Assembly: GCF_030538595.1 (NCBI RefSeq) | Contig: NZ_JAUNTS010000003.1 | Location: 134,171 to 198,170 of the forward strand | Length of the DNA: 64,000 bases | DNA from: Kocuria sp. | Lineage (GTDB): Bacteria; Actinomycetota; Actinomycetes; Actinomycetales; Micrococcaceae | Direction of reading: 5' to 3' | In this document: piece by piece, positions 27,147 to 37,672 of the stretch | How the letters are laid out: each line of letters opens with the position of its first letter | Numbering within the stretch: position 1 is the stretch's first letter | Translations under genes and position numbers: made by a program | The notes under the pieces: model-generated | Told to the model about the DNA's origin: nothing | Seen by the model: the letters and a program-made list of their open reading frames with translations, nothing else | The model's database searches: none

Positions 27147-30100
27147 GTGCTCCCCGCGCAGGCGGGGATGAGCCTGGGCGCAGCGGGCGACCTTGCCGAA
27201 ATCTTGTGTGCTCCCCGCGCAGGCGGGGATGAGCCTACGTGGCCGGGGACTATGCGGAGGAAATCATCGTGCTCCCCGCGCAGGCGGGGATGAGCCGCCC
27301 ACCAGGGTGCCGGTGTTGATGGTGAGGTTGTGCTCCCCGCGCAGGCGGGGATGAGCCCCCCGCCGAGGTCTCCCGGTCCCTGGCACGGATGTGCTCCCCG
27401 CGCAGGCGGGGATGAGCCGGACATGACCAATGACTGAGCTCCCGTGGGCTGGTGCTCCCCGCGCAGGCGGGGATGAGCCCCGACCTCCAGGAACACACCG
27501 AGACCGCTGACCGTGCTCCCCGCGCAGGCGGGGATGAGCCGCGGGGGCGGGCGTTGCCGTATCCCCACACGGGGTGCTCCCCGCGCAGGCGGGGATGAGC
27601 CCGCCCGCAGACTGGCGTAGTAGCTGGCGCGTGTGTGCTCCCCGCGCAGGCGGGGATGAGCCCTCACCCAGGCCGTCGCCTCCGACCATGGGCGTGTGCT
27701 CCCCGCGCAGGCGGGGATGAGCCCGCCGTGAACTCGGCCGTGGTGATATATCCGGTGTGCTCCCCGCGCAGGCGGGGATGAGCCCGCGGGACCATGGGCC
27801 TTCGGCTGGTTTGCGGTGTGCTCCCCGCGCAGGCGGGGATGAGCCCGACGCATTCGCCAAGAACACCGCGCTGCTGGAGTGCTCCCCGCGCAGGCGGGGA
27901 TGAGCCCCCGGTGGTGATGACCCGTGTGCCTTTTTGGAGGTGCTCCCCGCGCAGGCGGGGATGAGCCTCCCCGTCGCCCACCGGCGCGGCCGCGAGCTTA
28001 GTGCTCCCCGCGCAGGCGGGGATGAGCCCTGGTGACGGTGCAGCACCACGAGCTGGTGAAAGTGCTCCCCGCGCAGGCGGGGATGAGCCCTCGAAACAGA
28101 GGTTCTTACCGTCAGCGCGCTTGTGCTCCCCGCGCAGGCGGGGATGAGCCCCATCACCGATCTGCTTGGCCGCCCACTTGTGCGTGCTCCCCGCGCAGGC
28201 GGGGATGAGCCCCAAAATCCAATTCCTTCCGGTGGTCTTGTTTTGTGCTCCCCGCGCAGGCGGGGATGAGCCCATGCGGGTAGCGGGTGTGACACTGCCT
28301 GGCTGGTGCTCCCCGCGCAGGCGGGGATGAGCCTCCAGTCCTGGGATTTGGCGTTCAAAGACACTAGTGCTCCCCGCGCAGGCGGGGATGAGCCCTCCGC
28401 TACGTGCTCGGAGTCGAGGCCCATGCGGTGCTCCCCGCGCAGGCGGGGATGAGCCCGTGATCTTATTCTGCGTGAAATTCCGGTCATGGTGCTCCCCGCG
28501 CAGGCGGGGATGAGCCCGGAGAACACCATGAACAACAACCCCTTCCTCCGTGCTCCCCGCGCAGGCGGGGATGAGCCGCCCGAGTGAGACATCACCCTGT
28601 GACTCTGCGCGTGCTCCCCGCGCAGGCGGGGATGAGCCCCAACTGAACATCTCCCGCTGCGGGGCCAAACCGTGCTCCCCGCGCAGGCGGGGATGAGCCC
28701 CGGGTGGTTATGTCGTCGGCGGTGTCGTGGTGGTGCTCCCCGCGCAGGCGGGGATGAGCCGACGCAGTGTCGGTCACACGGTTCTGGTCGCTCGTGCTCC
28801 CCGCGCAGGCGGGGATGAGCCCGCGATCTTCTCGACAAGGGCTTTCATGGTTGTGTGCTCCCCGCGCAGGCGGGGATGAGCCTGTGGTGAAGTCGCCGTG
28901 CACGGTGCGCACGGAGTGCTCCCCGCGCAGGCGGGGATGAGCCGCTGGTAATCCGGGGTGGCATGCAGCTCGGTGGGTGCTCCCCGCGCAGGCGGGGATG
29001 AGCCGAACCCGGCCACACACCACTCCTGGACCACAGGGTGCTCCCCGCGCAGGCGGGGATGAGCCGGTCAGTCCCACAGGTGCACACCCCCCGTGTAGGT
29101 GCTCCCCGCGCAGGCGGGGATGAGCCCAATTCGAAGCGGCGGCGGCCGATGGGGAGAATGTGCTCCCCGCGCAGGCGGGGATGAGCCCTGAACTCACATG
29201 ACGGTGGTGTGTTCACCGCCGTGCTCCCCGCGCAGGCGGGGATGAGCCCTGGCCTACCAGCCCTGAGCCACACCTCGAACGGTGCTCCCCGCGCAGGCGG
29301 GGATGAGCCGGGGAAACTCACAGCGGAACTCCCCGTTGCGCGGTGCTCCCCGCGCAGGCGGGGATGAGCCCACCGGTGTCAGTGCCAGCGGAGTACAGGA
29401 GGGGTGCTCCCCGCGCAGGCGGGGATGAGCCCACGGTGTCAGAGGTGAGGAACGGGGCGCCTTCGTGCTCCCCGCGCAGGCGGGGATGAGCCCCAGGGCT
29501 GTGCCCTCGGCTTCTATGGTGGCGTGTGCTCCCCGCGCAGGCGGGGATGAGCCTTCGTTGTATTGCTCCCGGATTTGCTCCGGTGTGTGCTCCCCGCGCA
29601 GGCGGGGATGAGCCCAAAACCGGGTGGGGTTACAACGAGGACACAGGGTGCTCCCCGCGCAGGCGGGGATGAGCCGCCCCCAGGCTCTTCATGATTCGGC
29701 GCGCTGAGGTGCTCCCCGCGCAGGCGGGGATGAGCCGGCGGTAACAGCTCCCGCCTGGGGAACGCAGCAGTGCTCCCCGCGCAGGCGGGGATGAGCCCCA
29801 CGGGCGTTCTGACGGTCCCCGGATGGTGGCGTGCTCCCCGCGCAGGCGGGGATGAGCCCTGTCAGTCGGCCACCCGTCGACGTGCACCCGGGTGCTCCCC
29901 GCGCAGGCGGGGATGAGCCGCAATCAAGGCCCTGGGCTACCAAGAGTCCCCTGTGCTCCCCGCGCAGGCGGGGATGAGCCGATCGGTGACGCCTCAACCT
30001 CGGAATCACGTCTGTGCTCCCCGCGTAGGCGGGGATGAGCCGCGCCGCCGTGTGCCGATCCCCAGGCACCTGCAGTGCTCCCCGCGCAGGCGGGGATGAG

Positions 30101-31260
30101 CCGCAATCCACCGCCGTGAAAACCGTCACCACAGCGTGCTCCCCGCGCAGGCGGGGATGAGCCGTTCGAGTCCTCCGAACATGGGGGGCTCCGTTCGTGC
30201 TCCCCGCGCAGGCGGGGATGAGCCGTGGCACCCCAGCGGCGATCAGCCATGACGCATGTGCTCCCCGCGCAGGCGGGGATGAGCCCCCATGCCCTACACC
30301 TACGAAACCAAGTACACCGTGCTCCCCGCGCAGGCGGGGATGAGCCCTTGCAAAGCGCGAACTTGCACAACGCGAACCTGTGCTCCCCGCGCAGGCGGGG
30401 ATGAGCCCGCTCAGCTCCCATCCGTACTCCCAGCAGAAAAGTGCTCCCCGCGCAGGCGGGGATGAGCCCTCGGCCAGTGCGTAGGCGGCGCACTGCAGTG
30501 CGTGCTCCCCGCGCAGGCGGGGATGAGCCTGACCTTGAGCGATATTGGAAGCTCGGTCCTGGGTGCTCCCCGCGCAGGCGGGGATGAGCCTACTGACCCA
30601 TCCGCTTGACCCGACGGGGTATCGTGCTCCCCGCGCAGGCGGGGATGAGCCGGTTGGTGCCGCCCGGGGTGATGTGTGCGACGTGTGCTCCCCGCGCAGG
30701 CGGGGATGAGCCCCCAGCGTCGTGTAAAACGTTGTCAACGGTCTGTGCTCCCCGCGCAGGCGGGGATGAGCCCACACATTCCCCTCTCCGAAGTGCTGGC
30801 CCTCAGTGCTCCCCGCGCAGGCGGGGATGAGCCCGGGGTCACGAGTATTCCGACCCAATCGGATTGGTGCTCCCCGCGCAGGCGGGGATGAGCCCCAGCC
30901 CGCCGGAGACCCCGGCGGGAACAAAAAGTGCTCCCCGCGCAGGCGGGGATGAGCCGTGTAAACCATGGGGGCGGGGTGATGCAAACCCGTGCTCCCCGCG
31001 CAGGCGGGGATGAGCCGCTGCGATGATCCACAGGATGATCACGGTGATCGTGCTCCCCGCGCAGGCGGGGACGAGCCCACCGCAGGGAGTTTCGAGCCCC
31101 TGGACGTCATGTGCTCCCCGCGCAGGTGGGGATGAGCCCTGGGTGCGGAGTTTCGGCATCGAGAGAATGTTGTGCCCCCGCGTCTGCGGGGATGAGCCGA
31201 AAAATGGCCCGTTCCCTCGTTCCCCGATCACGTGTTCCCCGCGCCTGCGGGGATGAAGCT
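27147..31260 (+). CRISPR. Type I-E CRISPR array, ~68 repeats / ~67 spacers; repeat GTGCTCCCCGCGCAGGCGGGGATGAGCC(N), 61-bp period
   Basis: Repeat starts were checked at 27147, 27208, 28977, 31050 and 31111. The last four repeats are degenerate (31050 T>C, 31111 C>T, 31172 and 31232 heavily mutated). One internal variant repeat lies at ~30013. Confidence 0.97.
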
Positions 31261-31303
31261 TCTCTCCCGCAGCGAGCCACGGGAAGGGAAGCCTCAATAG
31301 CCG

Positions 31304-32698
31304 TCAGCTGTCTTGGGACGCATCCGCATCAGGCGTCGTCGGCAGGTCCCGCTGGGAGGCCCCCTGCATCTGCGCTCCTGCCGCCCGGCCGGCTGCGTTG
31401 CCGGTGACGCCGGCCTGGATGAGCTGCGTGAGGTTCAAACCCGTTGCATCCTCCATGGCTTTGCTGAGCTTGCTGAACTCACCGGCCGTGTACGCAGCGC
31501 CGCTGGAATCGTCTCCGCCAATGATGGTGATGCTGTCGATTCCGGAGTACCCGCGAGCGAATTCGGCGGCGAACTGGGGCATGATCTCCAAGGCCTTCTG
31601 CGCCAGCAGAGCCTCCTGGTTCTCCTTCAAAGCCTCAGCTTCCGCGCGGATGGCGTCCGCCTTGGCTTGGCCTTCCAACCGGATGGCTTCCGCGTCAGCT
31701 TCCGCCCGCAAGCGGGTGGCGGTGGCTTGTTCGGTGGCCACTTCACGGGCCGCCTTGGCTTCCTGAACCCGCTCGAAGGCCTTGGCCTCAGCTTCTTGTT
31801 CACGCCGGTAACGGTCGGCATCGGCAACTTTGCGCACTTCTGCATCCAGGCGGGACTGTTTGTTTTCAGCCTCCTGGATGAGCACCTGCTTCTCAGCTTC
31901 TGCCTGTGCAAAAGCCTTTGCCTGTTCTGCCTGAGCCTGGGCGCGCCCCACCTTGGCATTGGAGGCTTCACGGTTTTGCGCCAGCTGAGTTTCTTCGATC
32001 AGGTTCTCTTCATCAGTGGCCAAACGGCGCTTGAGAATTTCACGATCTGCATTGGTCTCGGCAACCTCAGCTGCCTGACGCTTCTCCTGAATCTGCGGTA
32101 CACCCAAGGACTGGATGTACCCAACATTGTCCGTGATGCCTTTGATCTGGAAAGAATCAAGAATGAGACCCTGCTCGGAAAGATCAGTGGCAACATCTGT
32201 GGCAATTTGCTCGGAGAACTTCTTGCGGTCACGCATCAGATCCGCCACGCTCAACTGAGCCACCACACCACGCAGCGCGCCTTCCAGCTGCTCAGTGGTG
32301 AAGTCCACGATCGCCCCATCCTGGCTGGCAAAGCGCTCCGCAGCACGCCGCGCCAGCTCCGGGTTGGAGCCAATTTTCACCAATGCCACAGCCTCTACGG
32401 ACAACGTGATGTTGTCCTCGGACTGGGCTTCGGCGGTCATGGAAACCTGCCGGGAACGCAGGGAAATGGTCTGGGCTCGCTGAGTGATGGGGTTGACCAC
32501 CGCACGCCCATTGACAATGACCGTCACATTGGACATCACTTCACCGTCGGCCTGCTTGCGCCCGGAGATCACCAACGCTTCATCAGCGCGAGCCACTTGA
32601 ATCCAGCGTTTGAAGATCAGAAACGCAATCCCCACCACCACCAGAACGGCAACGACGACGACGGCGATCACACCCGCCACAGCAATCTCAGAGCCCAT
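31304..32698 (-). CDS. Flotillin-family (SPFH/band-7, YqiK-like) membrane protein
   Basis: N-terminal TM segment, SPFH domain, and a long Ala/Glu-rich coiled-coil (EAEAKAFERVQEAKAARE...); 464 aa. Confidence 0.85.
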   Translation of the reverse strand: MGSEIAVAGVIAVVVVAVLVVVGIAFLIFKRWIQVARADEALVISGRKQADGEVMSNVTVIVNGRAVVNPITQRAQTISLRSRQVSMTAEAQSEDNITLSVEAVALVKIGSNPELARRAAERFASQDGAIVDFTTEQLEGALRGVVAQLSVADLMRDRKKFSEQIATDVATDLSEQGLILDSFQIKGITDNVGYIQSLGVPQIQEKRQAAEVAETNADREILKRRLATDEENLIEETQLAQNREASNAKVGRAQAQAEQAKAFAQAEAEKQVLIQEAENKQSRLDAEVRKVADADRYRREQEAEAKAFERVQEAKAAREVATEQATATRLRAEADAEAIRLEGQAKADAIRAEAEALKENQEALLAQKALEIMPQFAAEFARGYSGIDSITIIGGDDSSGAAYTAGEFSKLSKAMEDATGLNLTQLIQAGVTGNAAGRAAGAQMQGASQRDLPTTPDADASQDS

Positions 32699-32858
32699 GA
32701 ACCGAGTTCCTTTTCCGGAATAGCCAGGCTGGTCCCGGCAAAGCTGACAGTTGCATAGAGGCTAACAGTCGGCTTGGATCATCGGGCAAGGTCAGGATAA
32801 ACGGGTGTCATGAAGCGCGATCATGACGCGCAGCACTGGAACTCACAGACGATGCTGT

Positions 32859-33269
32859 TCACCAAGCGACCGTGAGGGGCGATAAGTCATCAAAAACGCG
32901 GTCTGTGCTGACCAAGGTAAGTGATTCGGTGAGAGCCTGGGCTGCCAGCATTCGATCAAAGGGATCCCGGTGCGACCAGTCCAAGTCGCCCGCGAGCTTG
33001 GCATGCTGCCACGTGATGTCCAGAACGCGGGCACCGAGGCGCATTATGTGGTTCTCCAGGCTGGCCAGCCAAGAACCTGCATCAGGCAGTTTGCCAATCC
33101 GGTGCTTGGTGTGGAGCTCCCATGCCGACCCTGCCGATACGAATAGATCATTCCCGGTGTCCAAGATCAGCGAGCGAGCGACCGTACCTAATCGGTCAGG
33201 TTCGTTGATGGCCCAGATCAGCGTGTGGGTATCCAGCAGAAGAGACGTCACCTTCAGTGACCTTCCCAT
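32859..33269 (-). CDS. vapC: PIN-domain toxin VapC
   Basis: LLLDTHTLIW...D...D PIN acidic residues; 136 aa. Overlaps the upstream antitoxin gene by 16 nt; an alternative GTG start at 33251 is possible. Confidence 0.8.
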   Translation of the reverse strand: MGRSLKVTSLLLDTHTLIWAINEPDRLGTVARSLILDTGNDLFVSAGSAWELHTKHRIGKLPDAGSWLASLENHIMRLGARVLDITWQHAKLAGDLDWSHRDPFDRMLAAQALTESLTLVSTDRVFDDLSPLTVAW

Positions 33270-33478
33270 GCTGACAACTCATCGTTGGGCAGGTCGTCGA
33301 AGAATGTTTCAGGAAGTTGGTAGGAGCCAAACCCCAGCTCCCGTTCGCCTGAATCAGCGGGAACTAGACGTGCAATCGTGCGTGATCCCCGGGCAATCAG
33401 GATCGACTCTCCGCGTTCCACATCTGCGAGGAGCGCTGAGAGATGGGTTTTGGCTTCCTGTACTTTGACCGTCTTCAT
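33254..33478 (-). CDS. vapB: Phd/YefM-type antitoxin VapB
   Basis: MKTVKVQEAKTHLSALL N-terminus is characteristic of Phd/YefM antitoxins; 74 aa. Confidence 0.8.
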   Translation of the reverse strand: MKTVKVQEAKTHLSALLADVERGESILIARGSRTIARLVPADSGERELGFGSYQLPETFFDDLPNDELSAWEGH

Positions 33479-33497
33479 AAGTGGAGCTTAGTGGCGG

Positions 33498-33529
33498 TTG
33501 ACCAAGTTGGTCAACCAAGTTGGTCAACC
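33498..33529. promoter_or_regulatory. Overlapping perfect palindromes TTGACCAAGTTGGTCAA x2; candidate VapB operator / vapBC promoter
   Basis: Tandem overlapping palindromes ~20 bp upstream of the vapB start codon; each half contains TTGACC (-35-like). Confidence 0.5.
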
Positions 33530-33548
33530 TGGTCGAGGTGTGCCGTCA

Positions 33549-34283
33549 TCAGCTCCCGTAGGTGCTCAGGTACCGCTGGATTCGCTCGGAGTCGGAGGCA
33601 AAGAAGTCCTGCGGGGCGCCGTCGAACCCAATGCCGCCGTCGGCCAGGAAGATCACGCGCTGTGCCACGGTCCGGGCGAACTCAATGTTGTGAGTGACCA
33701 CCACCAGGGAGCGGCCTTCTTGGGCCAGGTCCACCATCACGTGGGTGACCCCGGCGGCCAGTTCAGGGTCAAGTGCTGAGGTGGGTTCATCGAACAACAG
33801 AAAGTCCGGTTCCACGGCCAGGGCCCGGGCAATGGCCACACGCTGCTGCTGGCCGCCAGAGAGGTTGTCCGGGTACTCGTCCAGACGATTCCCCATGCCC
33901 ACACGATCCAGGTAGGACTGGGCGCGGGAGCGGGCTTCATCCTTGGAGATCTTGCCATTGAGCACCGGGGGCAGGCTCACGTTGCCCAGCACGGTTTGGT
34001 TGGGGAACAGGTTGTACCCCTGGAACACCATGGCCGAGTGCTTGCGAATGGAGCGAATCTGGGAATCGCTCAAACGGCCACCAAAACTGACCGAGTCCGC
34101 GTTGACCGTCAGTGATCCCGTGTCCGGGACCTCCAAAAGGTTCATGAACCGCAGCAGCGTGGACTTACCGGAACCGGAGGGCCCCAAGATCACAGTGGTC
34201 TGGCCGTCCGGAATGCTCAGAGAGACATCCGAGAGAACAGCATTGTCCCCGAAAGTCTTGGAAACGTTCTTCAACTCAAGCAT
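33549..34283 (-). CDS. Polar amino-acid ABC transporter ATP-binding protein
   Basis: Start taken at [11 protein letters not shown] (ATG 34283); Walker [29 protein letters not shown]. Confidence 0.85.
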   Translation of the reverse strand: MLELKNVSKTFGDNAVLSDVSLSIPDGQTTVILGPSGSGKSTLLRFMNLLEVPDTGSLTVNADSVSFGGRLSDSQIRSIRKHSAMVFQGYNLFPNQTVLGNVSLPPVLNGKISKDEARSRAQSYLDRVGMGNRLDEYPDNLSGGQQQRVAIARALAVEPDFLLFDEPTSALDPELAAGVTHVMVDLAQEGRSLVVVTHNIEFARTVAQRVIFLADGGIGFDGAPQDFFASDSERIQRYLSTYGS

Positions 34284-34950
34284 TGGTGCTCCTGACGTAA
34301 CGGTTGGAGACCTTCTCCAGGCGGGACTGGAGCACGGACAAGATGGTGAACAGCAGCAGGTAAATGGCGGCCACTTCCATGTAGAGCGCAAGCGGCTGGA
34401 AGGTGGTGGCAGCAATCTGGCGACCCACCTGGAACACATCAGCCAGGGTGATCACCATGACCAAGGAAGTGCCCTTGACCAGGTCAATCAGGTCATTGCC
34501 CAAGGGTGGGAGGGCAATGCGCAGCGCCTGCGGAGCAATCACGTGCCGCAGCATCTGCCACCCTGTGTAGTTCAGGGTCTTGGCGGCTTCGATCTGCCCG
34601 CGGGGAATGGATTGCACGGAAGCCCGCAGAGTCTCAGCAGCGTAGGCCCCTGTGTTCAGAGTGAACGCGATGATTGCTGATGTCCATGCGGACAGCGTGA
34701 TTCCAATGGCCGGCAGACCGTAGAAGATGATGAACAGCTGCACCAGGATGGGTGTTCCCCGGAAAAGCCAAACGTAAAAGCGGGAGATCCATTGCAGCGG
34801 CTTAATCCGGCCCATGCGCATGGATGTGGCCACCACAGCAACCACCAGCGCCAGGATGAAGGCAATGATGCTCAAAGGGATGGTCACCGTGATGGTGGCC
34901 AGCAGCAGTTGGGGCAGCGAATCGGCCCAGAGTGAGAAAAGTTCAGTCAT
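34276..34950 (-). CDS. Polar amino-acid ABC transporter permease (His/Glu/Gln/Arg/opine family)
   Basis: 224 aa, 5-TM permease with the EAA-like motif (IEAAKTLNYTGWQ). Confidence 0.85.
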   Translation of the reverse strand: MTELFSLWADSLPQLLLATITVTIPLSIIAFILALVVAVVATSMRMGRIKPLQWISRFYVWLFRGTPILVQLFIIFYGLPAIGITLSAWTSAIIAFTLNTGAYAAETLRASVQSIPRGQIEAAKTLNYTGWQMLRHVIAPQALRIALPPLGNDLIDLVKGTSLVMVITLADVFQVGRQIAATTFQPLALYMEVAAIYLLLFTILSVLQSRLEKVSNRYVRSTNA

Positions 34951-35819
34951 GATTCCGGTGTGAGGTCAAGGGACACGTACTTCTGGTAAATACGCGCCAG
35001 ATCGCCGTTGTCCATGTGGGTACGTAGGGATTCATCAATGGCGGCTTTGAGGCTGTCCTGCCCCTTGGCCATCAGGATTGCAGACTCAGCTGGATCGCCC
35101 AAGGTGCCATCCAGCAGGCGAATGTCAACGTCAGGGCGTTGCTGGAAGAACGCCTCAAAGGTCACGTAGTCATTTCCGGTCATGTCCACACGGTCAAAGG
35201 AGACCAGCATGATTGCTTCGTCAAAGCCGGTGACGGGTACAAGATCTGCACCAGCTTTGGCCATCTCCTGGCCAAAATTGGAGGTCTCCGTCTGTGCTGC
35301 AGAGTGACCCGCGATTTCATCCACGGATTGCAGGGGGGAATCGCCAGAGACACCCACCTTGCCCTCACTGATGGCATAGGGAATCGAAAAATCAAAGACC
35401 TCACGGCGGGCATCCGTTGGGGCAATGTTGTTGATCACAATGTCGTATCGGCCCACATCAACGCCGGCAATCAGGGAATCCCACTGGGTTTCCACATATA
35501 CCGGTTTTACGCCCAAATCGGCGGCCACCAGATCCGCAATTTCCTTCTCAAAGCCCACCAGCTCGCCGGTGGAGTCGTGGTAACCGTAGGGCTGGAACGT
35601 GCCCTCCATGCCGATTCGGATTTCACCGGCCTGCTGGATCTTCTCCAGTTCGTCACCGGAGGCCGCTGATGACGACGTCGTACTGCCCCCACCTGAGCAC
35701 GCCGCCAACGCCAGGGACATGGCGCCCAAGCCCAAGCCGCCGATCACGGCGCGCCGGCTCACTGGGGAGCTCATGCCCGGTGCACGAGATACACGAGTCT
35801 CAGGCTGCATCGATCGCAT
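34947..35819 (-). CDS. Amino-acid ABC transporter substrate-binding lipoprotein
   Basis: Signal/lipobox ...LALAACSGG; SBP_bac_3-like. Start is ambiguous (35819, 35810 or 35774). Confidence 0.75.
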   Translation of the reverse strand: MRSMQPETRVSRAPGMSSPVSRRAVIGGLGLGAMSLALAACSGGGSTTSSSAASGDELEKIQQAGEIRIGMEGTFQPYGYHDSTGELVGFEKEIADLVAADLGVKPVYVETQWDSLIAGVDVGRYDIVINNIAPTDARREVFDFSIPYAISEGKVGVSGDSPLQSVDEIAGHSAAQTETSNFGQEMAKAGADLVPVTGFDEAIMLVSFDRVDMTGNDYVTFEAFFQQRPDVDIRLLDGTLGDPAESAILMAKGQDSLKAAIDESLRTHMDNGDLARIYQKYVSLDLTPES

Positions 35820-36933
35820 GGATCAGGTCCTCAATCAGGTCGTCGGCATCTTCAATGCCCACAGCAACGCGCAACAGGTTCTCCGGAATTTCGGCCAAAG
35901 CACGGTCCTCATCCGAGTACGCACCGTGAGTCATATGTGCAGGCAAGCAGATCAAAGACTCAATACCGCCCAGGCTGACTGCAAAACCAAACACCTTCAA
36001 TTCCGCCAGGAAAGCCCGAACGTCCTTGCCGTCAACCAGTTCAAAGCCAAAAACGGCTCCGTTACCAGTAGCTTGCTGGTTCTGAATCCGCGCTTCCTCT
36101 GCGTTGAAGGAACCCGGTTCCAGAACCCGTGCCACGGATGGATGTTCACGCAGAGCAGCAACAATCTTGGCTGTGTTCTCCTGCTGACGGTCCAGGCGGA
36201 TGCCCAAAGTCTTGACGTTTTGCAGGAGACGGTAGGAATCCATGGGGGAGAGCACTCCGCCCAAAATCACCTGTGACTGGGCGATGGTGGCGGCAAGGTC
36301 GTCGTCGTTGGTGGCCACCACACCGGCCAAAAGGTCCCCGTGGCCGCCCAAGTATTTGGTGGCGGACTGCACGGTGATGTCGGCCCCCAATTCCAGCGGA
36401 CGCTGCAAATACGGGGTCAGGAAGGTGTTGTCCACCACCACCAGCGCGCCGTGGGAGTGCGCCAGATCCGCAATCCGGCGAATGTCAGCCACACGCAGCG
36501 TGGGGTTGGTGGGGGTTTCCAGGAAAACCATTTTCACGGAAGCCGTGAAGTGCTCATCCGTGAGCTGGTTCAGATCAGGAACAAAGGTGGTGGTCACGCC
36601 ACGCTTGGGTAGCTCGATGGTGGCCCACCGGTAATTTCCGCCGTACACGGGCAGCCCCATGATCACTTCGTCCCCGGATGCCAGCATGCCCAGAACGGAG
36701 CCCGTGGCTGCCATGCCTGTGGAAAAAGCGAACGCGTGTTCAGCGCCTTCCAGGGCAGCCAGTGTCGTCTCTGCGTCCGTGCGGGTTGGGTTGGAGCCGC
36801 GCTGGTACTCGAACTCACCTTCGCCGCCCTCAGTGGGCTGCAGGAAGGTGGAGGCGGTGTGGATAGGGGGCACGACGGCGCCCAGGTGGACGTCATGCAG
36901 TGCGTGAATCACGCGGGTGTTGAAGCCGGACAC
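35800..36933 (-). CDS. PLP-dependent Cys/Met-metabolism enzyme (cystathionine beta-lyase / gamma-synthase family)
   Basis: 377 aa; PLP-lysine region ...TKYLGGHGD...; co-oriented with, and overlapping, the ABC transporter genes. Confidence 0.8.
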   Translation of the reverse strand: MSGFNTRVIHALHDVHLGAVVPPIHTASTFLQPTEGGEGEFEYQRGSNPTRTDAETTLAALEGAEHAFAFSTGMAATGSVLGMLASGDEVIMGLPVYGGNYRWATIELPKRGVTTTFVPDLNQLTDEHFTASVKMVFLETPTNPTLRVADIRRIADLAHSHGALVVVDNTFLTPYLQRPLELGADITVQSATKYLGGHGDLLAGVVATNDDDLAATIAQSQVILGGVLSPMDSYRLLQNVKTLGIRLDRQQENTAKIVAALREHPSVARVLEPGSFNAEEARIQNQQATGNGAVFGFELVDGKDVRAFLAELKVFGFAVSLGGIESLICLPAHMTHGAYSDEDRALAEIPENLLRVAVGIEDADDLIEDLIHAIDAA

Positions 36934-37079
36934 GATTGCTCCTGATTGGTGGTGAGGACCTGATTCTTGTGCCTACAACCAACTCTGGCCACAGGAATAG
37001 TCCGGACAGGGGCAGACTGTGGTGTGCCCCATAGGTTTTGTGACGCAGCGTTTCAGTTGGCTGGATGCGGGCGCTGTTC

Positions 37080-37589
37080 TTAAGAACGGAACGGTTCGGC
37101 AAACCGTTTGTCGTCCTCCCAGTCATAGCCGAGGTGGGCGAATTCCGGGCTCAGGGGAACGGATGGTCTCAGGAGGAAGAACAGCAGAATCACAGGGCCC
37201 AGCAGAGGCAGAAGGGCGATCAGGAAGAACCAGCCGGAGTATCCGGCGTCGTGCAAGCGCCTGACTGTGGAGGTGACGGACGGGATTACGTGCACAAGGC
37301 CTACCCCTTGGCCGATGAAGTCCACCACTGCGGCCGCTCCTGCCTCAGTACCGGGAGGTGCCGTGAAATAGGCCAGAAAGCTCGTCCCTCCGGCCAGGAC
37401 GAATGCCAATGCCAGGAGCACCTGAAGTGCCGTGCCGTAGAGGAATCCGTACCAGTACTCGGACCGTGATGACCTGCCCAGGAGCACAAAGTACCGACGG
37501 TAGAACAGCCCGATGGCTTGCAGGAACCCCACTCGGCGCGGAGGTGCAGGGATTCGGACCAGACGGCCATCCAAGGTGGTTGCGGTCAT
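37080..37589 (-). CDS. DUF805 (YhaH-like) inner-membrane protein
   Basis: GRSSRSEYW motif characteristic of DUF805; 169 aa. Confidence 0.7.
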   Translation of the reverse strand: MTATTLDGRLVRIPAPPRRVGFLQAIGLFYRRYFVLLGRSSRSEYWYGFLYGTALQVLLALAFVLAGGTSFLAYFTAPPGTEAGAAAVVDFIGQGVGLVHVIPSVTSTVRRLHDAGYSGWFFLIALLPLLGPVILLFFLLRPSVPLSPEFAHLGYDWEDDKRFAEPFRS

Positions 37590-37672
37590 GTGTCAACGCT
37601 AATGGGGCAGCTCAACCACAACAAAGTTCCGCTTCAGTGTGTCCCCAGGTGGGCCGGGCACAATCGGCTGCG

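Noticed and set aside
27147-31260. Self-targeting spacers against genes in this window
   Set aside because: This could not be assessed reliably by eye. It needs a BLAST of every spacer against the genome.
27134-31297. Many minus-strand ORFs of 60-520 aa with recurring AHPRLRGEH / GSSPPARGA peptides
   Set aside because: They are artefacts of translating the 61-bp-period CRISPR repeats; the periodic identical peptides track the repeat spacing exactly.
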